A stretch of DNA of 28,815 bases from Deinococcales bacterium. GTDB taxonomy: Bacteria; Deinococcota; Deinococci; Deinococcales; JAAFIG01. The stretch is from contig JANNVX010000042.1 of the NCBI GenBank assembly GCA_031414595.1, positions 1 to 28,815 of the forward strand, written 5' to 3'. The position numbers and the translations under genes are program-made. This document shows positions 26,186 to 28,815 of the stretch, piece after piece. The notes beneath the pieces were generated by a model, which saw only the letters and a program-made list of their open reading frames with translations, searched no databases and had not been told where the DNA came from. Position 1 is the stretch's first letter. Each line of letters begins with the position of its first letter.

Positions 26186-27505
26186 GTGAATCGTGTTCAA
26201 CAGTGGTGGTGGGTGACTTTTTTGCCTATTTATGTTTTTTGGTTTATCCCTATTCCATATTTGATGGGAGACACAGACTTACCCAATATGTGGATTGCGA
26301 TTATATGGATGCTGGTTGGTCTTGTACTCGAGTGGTTTGCACATCCAAACTTAAGATTTTCTGATATTAAGCGATTACCAACAGCCCTTATAAAACATCC
26401 TATTGTACTGCTGGCATTGCTTTTTGCAGGCTGGACGTTGCTTGTATCTTTATTTTCTCGGTATCCAGGGTTATCGTTTACGGGTACGCTACACGATAGT
26501 TCGGATGGCGCACTTTGGACTTGTGTTCAAATGATCATTTTGGTTTTGGTGTATTTACAAAGTATTCGAGACAATAGTTTGCCAATCAGATTGGGTTGGG
26601 CATTTGTAGCCGTAACAGGTCTACTGGTTTGTTTTGCCTTTGCTGAGTATATTTTAGGTCAAGGTATCTTTTTAGTAGGTATGAACCCTGTTGCCTTACC
26701 CGTAGTCACATTCTTGGGACGTGGACACCTGATGGGTACTATTGCATTTGGGGTAGGTACTGCTCTTGCATTGTGGTTTCATGGAAAAAAATGGTTAGGA
26801 ATTCCTATTTTCATAACCAGTATCTTGCTAGGTATCGCCTCGCATCGCGCTCCGTGGCTTTCATTACTTTTGGTTATTCCTTTTTGTTGGTGGAAAACAA
26901 AAAATTTGGTAACAACGTTTCTGGCAGTTCTGGCTATTGGGGTTGGGGTGTTTGTGGGAATTCAAGTTTTACAAACAAGTGGGGTTACAGTTAGAGCAGT
27001 TGAATCCGGAACTACGCTTTCCACACGTTCAATCCTCTGGAAAGCCGCGATTGGAGGCATCCAAGCAAAGCCTTTTGGCTGGGGTGGAGCGCATTTTAAT
27101 CATTTCTTTTATCAGTTTTTGAGTGAAAAAGAAATAAAAGAAAGCCTAAAGCTGGAACTGGGGATGACCTTTATTAAAGTGATTGGTGTAGGAGAATTAA
27201 ATCCATTATTTACAGTAATGACAGCAGATAAAAAAACAACTTCAATAGGTATTCTTTTATGGAAGGCGCACAATCAAGTTCTTGATATTGGTTTAATGTG
27301 GGGGATTCCAGGATTGCTTATTTATATTGCAATTTTCTTCCATGCTCTACGTGGTCTAGGAGTTCTGAATCCTCTGTCCGTAGGTGTTTTAGTCTATGCC
27401 ATATTTCTTTTGACATGGTTTATTCCACCAAATATTGAAGCCTTAGTCATGGTGGTTTTGGGAGCAGCTTCTGCAAAACCCGACATCAAAGTTGACTTTA
27501 CATGA
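26186..27505 (+). CDS. O-antigen ligase-like (Wzy_C) membrane protein, candidate pilin O-oligosaccharyltransferase
   Basis: Multi-TM; SHRA, TR..LW, PFGWG, KAHNQ.LD....WGIPG. Leaderless GTG 26186, 6 nt after TATACT, is preferred to ATG 26159. Confidence 0.8.
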   Translation: MNRVQQWWWVTFLPIYVFWFIPIPYLMGDTDLPNMWIAIIWMLVGLVLEWFAHPNLRFSDIKRLPTALIKHPIVLLALLFAGWTLLVSLFSRYPGLSFTGTLHDSSDGALWTCVQMIILVLVYLQSIRDNSLPIRLGWAFVAVTGLLVCFAFAEYILGQGIFLVGMNPVALPVVTFLGRGHLMGTIAFGVGTALALWFHGKKWLGIPIFITSILLGIASHRAPWLSLLLVIPFCWWKTKNLVTTFLAVLAIGVGVFVGIQVLQTSGVTVRAVESGTTLSTRSILWKAAIGGIQAKPFGWGGAHFNHFFYQFLSEKEIKESLKLELGMTFIKVIGVGELNPLFTVMTADKKTTSIGILLWKAHNQVLDIGLMWGIPGLLIYIAIFFHALRGLGVLNPLSVGVLVYAIFLLTWFIPPNIEALVMVVLGAASAKPDIKVDFT

Positions 27506-27516
27506 AGTGTACAACT

Positions 27517-27545
27517 AAAAAGGGCTAATGAATATTCATTAGCCC
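27517..27545 (-). terminator. Intrinsic terminator of the pilin genes
   Basis: Perfect palindrome GGGCTAATGAATATTCATTAGCCC followed on the minus strand by TTTTT. Confidence 0.8.
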
Positions 27546-27566
27546 ATAGTGCATAGCATTTAATTA

Positions 27567-27968
27567 TTACGGTAAAGCGCCATTGACTGCAACTATTCCA
27601 CCAATTTGAGTATCCCCCGTAATTGCAACATTAAATCCATCGGATGTTTGAGTGACAATACAACTAACAGCAATACTTGGTGCTTTGCTCCAACCATAGT
27701 TATAGACGGTACTGTTTAAGGTAATGTTTGGAACAGCCTGTAAGCAATCGGCTGTGGCTTTGGTGGCAAGGTCGGCTTGATTGATTCTATCTGAATCTGC
27801 ATAAAGGGCTGTGACTGCTTTGTAAACATTGGCACTGTGGATTTGCAAAGCCCGTTTCAGGGCGGTTGTTCTTGCACCAAGTAATTGCGGGATTAGTACG
27901 GCGGCTAAAATTCCGATGATGGCAATTACAATGAGTAACTCAATGAGTGTAAACCCTTGAGTTTTCAT
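27567..27968 (-). CDS. Type IV pilin (second/minor)
   Basis: MKTQG|FTLIELLIVIAIIGILAAVLIP prepilin motif with Glu5; GGAG RBS; two Cys. Confidence 0.92.
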   Translation of the reverse strand: MKTQGFTLIELLIVIAIIGILAAVLIPQLLGARTTALKRALQIHSANVYKAVTALYADSDRINQADLATKATADCLQAVPNITLNSTVYNYGWSKAPSIAVSCIVTQTSDGFNVAITGDTQIGGIVAVNGALP

Positions 27969-27976
27969 AAATCTCC

Positions 27977-28006
27977 AAAGCCCCAAAACCTAGGTTTTGG
28001 GGCTTT
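27977..28006 (-). terminator. Intercistronic hairpin between the pilins
   Basis: 30-bp perfect palindrome AAAGCCCCAAAACCTAGGTTTTGGGGCTTT directly abutting the downstream GGAG RBS. Confidence 0.7.
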
Positions 28007-28026
28007 TATACAGGTATAACCTGAGT

Positions 28027-28425
28027 TTAGTTACCGTTAACGGAGGTGAAATTGTCAGCGGCTGAACTACCAGAAGCCGTTACAACGAAATCATTACCAG
28101 AAGCTGAAGGTGCAATTGTACAGGTATCCATAGCACCTGGAGCGGCTTTCCAACCGTAAGTTGTTGAAGCAAATGAAGCAAGAGCAATTTTGCAGTCTGT
28201 ACCAGCCGCCGTAGCGATTGAAGTGGCAGTAGCAGAAGCATTATCAGCCAAAGCGGCATTAAGTGCTTTATAAACATTCGAGCTGTGAGCTTGAATAGCT
28301 TTCTTGTTAGCACTGACACGTGCGCCCAAGAGTTGTGGGATTAAAACTGCGGCAAGAATACCGATGATTGCAATAACAATCAAAAGTTCGATCAACGTAA
28401 AGCCTTTTACACTACGGTTTTTCAT
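28027..28425 (-). CDS. Type IV pilin (probable major pilin)
   Basis: MKNRSVKG|FTLIELLIVIAIIGILAAVLIP; AGGAGA RBS before ATG 28425; Ser/Thr/Ala-rich head with two Cys. Confidence 0.93.
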   Translation of the reverse strand: MKNRSVKGFTLIELLIVIAIIGILAAVLIPQLLGARVSANKKAIQAHSSNVYKALNAALADNASATATSIATAAGTDCKIALASFASTTYGWKAAPGAMDTCTIAPSASGNDFVVTASGSSAADNFTSVNGN

Positions 28426-28733
28426 GGCTATCTCCTGGTTTGCTCTCGAGCAATAGGCGCTCTCGAGCCGATGGTGCAGATGGTTCGTGGTTAAGATTTC
28501 CGCGAACTGAAAAGAGTTTAGCATAGATTTCTTACAATGTTATTACATTCTTCACATTAACGTGAATCACGTGCTGAACTGAATTTGCAAACGGCTGGCT
28601 CGAGCCTACACAACTTTTGGTTAGGTGCTGATGTGGGTTTTGACCAGTGCAGTTAAAGGAAAGCCTAGGCTCGAGCTTAGGATTTGTCCTGAAATAACTT
28701 CCCAAATTGGAAACGACGAAATATCATTTCCTA

Positions 28734-28813
28734 GCAGGACAGACACAGGGGTCTGTCCCTACAAAAATCATAAAAATACGTCAGGTAGGGGCGGACCCCC
28801 GTGTCCGCCCTGT
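28734..28813. repeat. Intact GTAG-type REP doublet (REPIN-like)
   Basis: GCAGGACAGACACAGGGGTCTGTCCCTAC (28734-28762), a 22-bp spacer, then the inverted GTAGGGGCGGACCCCCGTGTCCGCCCTG (from 28785). Confidence 0.85.
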
Positions 28814-28815
28814 GA

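Noticed and set aside
28426-28524. N-terminal extension of the pilin in the ORF track
   Set aside because: A clear RBS and short prepilin leader place the start at 28425.

Overview
Bacterial chromosomal window of roughly mid GC content, most consistent with a Deinococcota (Deinococcales-like) genome. That assignment is an inference from the many leaderless -10/ATG promoters, a Thermus/Deinococcus-type P-II T-loop and the pilin N-termini. The window holds an IS630 5' end, an IS4 scrap and GTAG-type REP doublets. It also holds a frameshifted IS110 element (2336-3571) whose bridge-RNA target- and donor-binding loops can be read directly against its own junctions. The genes include glnK divergent from amtB, SRP RNA, and a five-gene operon (degenerate PRTase, hypothetical, DUF4388-like, HAMP membrane protein without an output domain, second Amt). 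Further on are several exported proteins and lipoproteins, a Crp/Fnr regulator, a penicillin-acylase-family gene, and an AT-rich cassette with two O-antigen-ligase-like genes and two type IV pilins. The most striking observation is a 39-bp CT-flanked mini-element family that nests into REPs, into itself, into the IS110 transposase (in frame) and into the bridge RNA. Its centre is the site where the IS110 inserted and which its bridge RNA guides match. CTCGAG is roughly 15-fold over-represented (HIP-like). All calls were made by eye; no searches were run.
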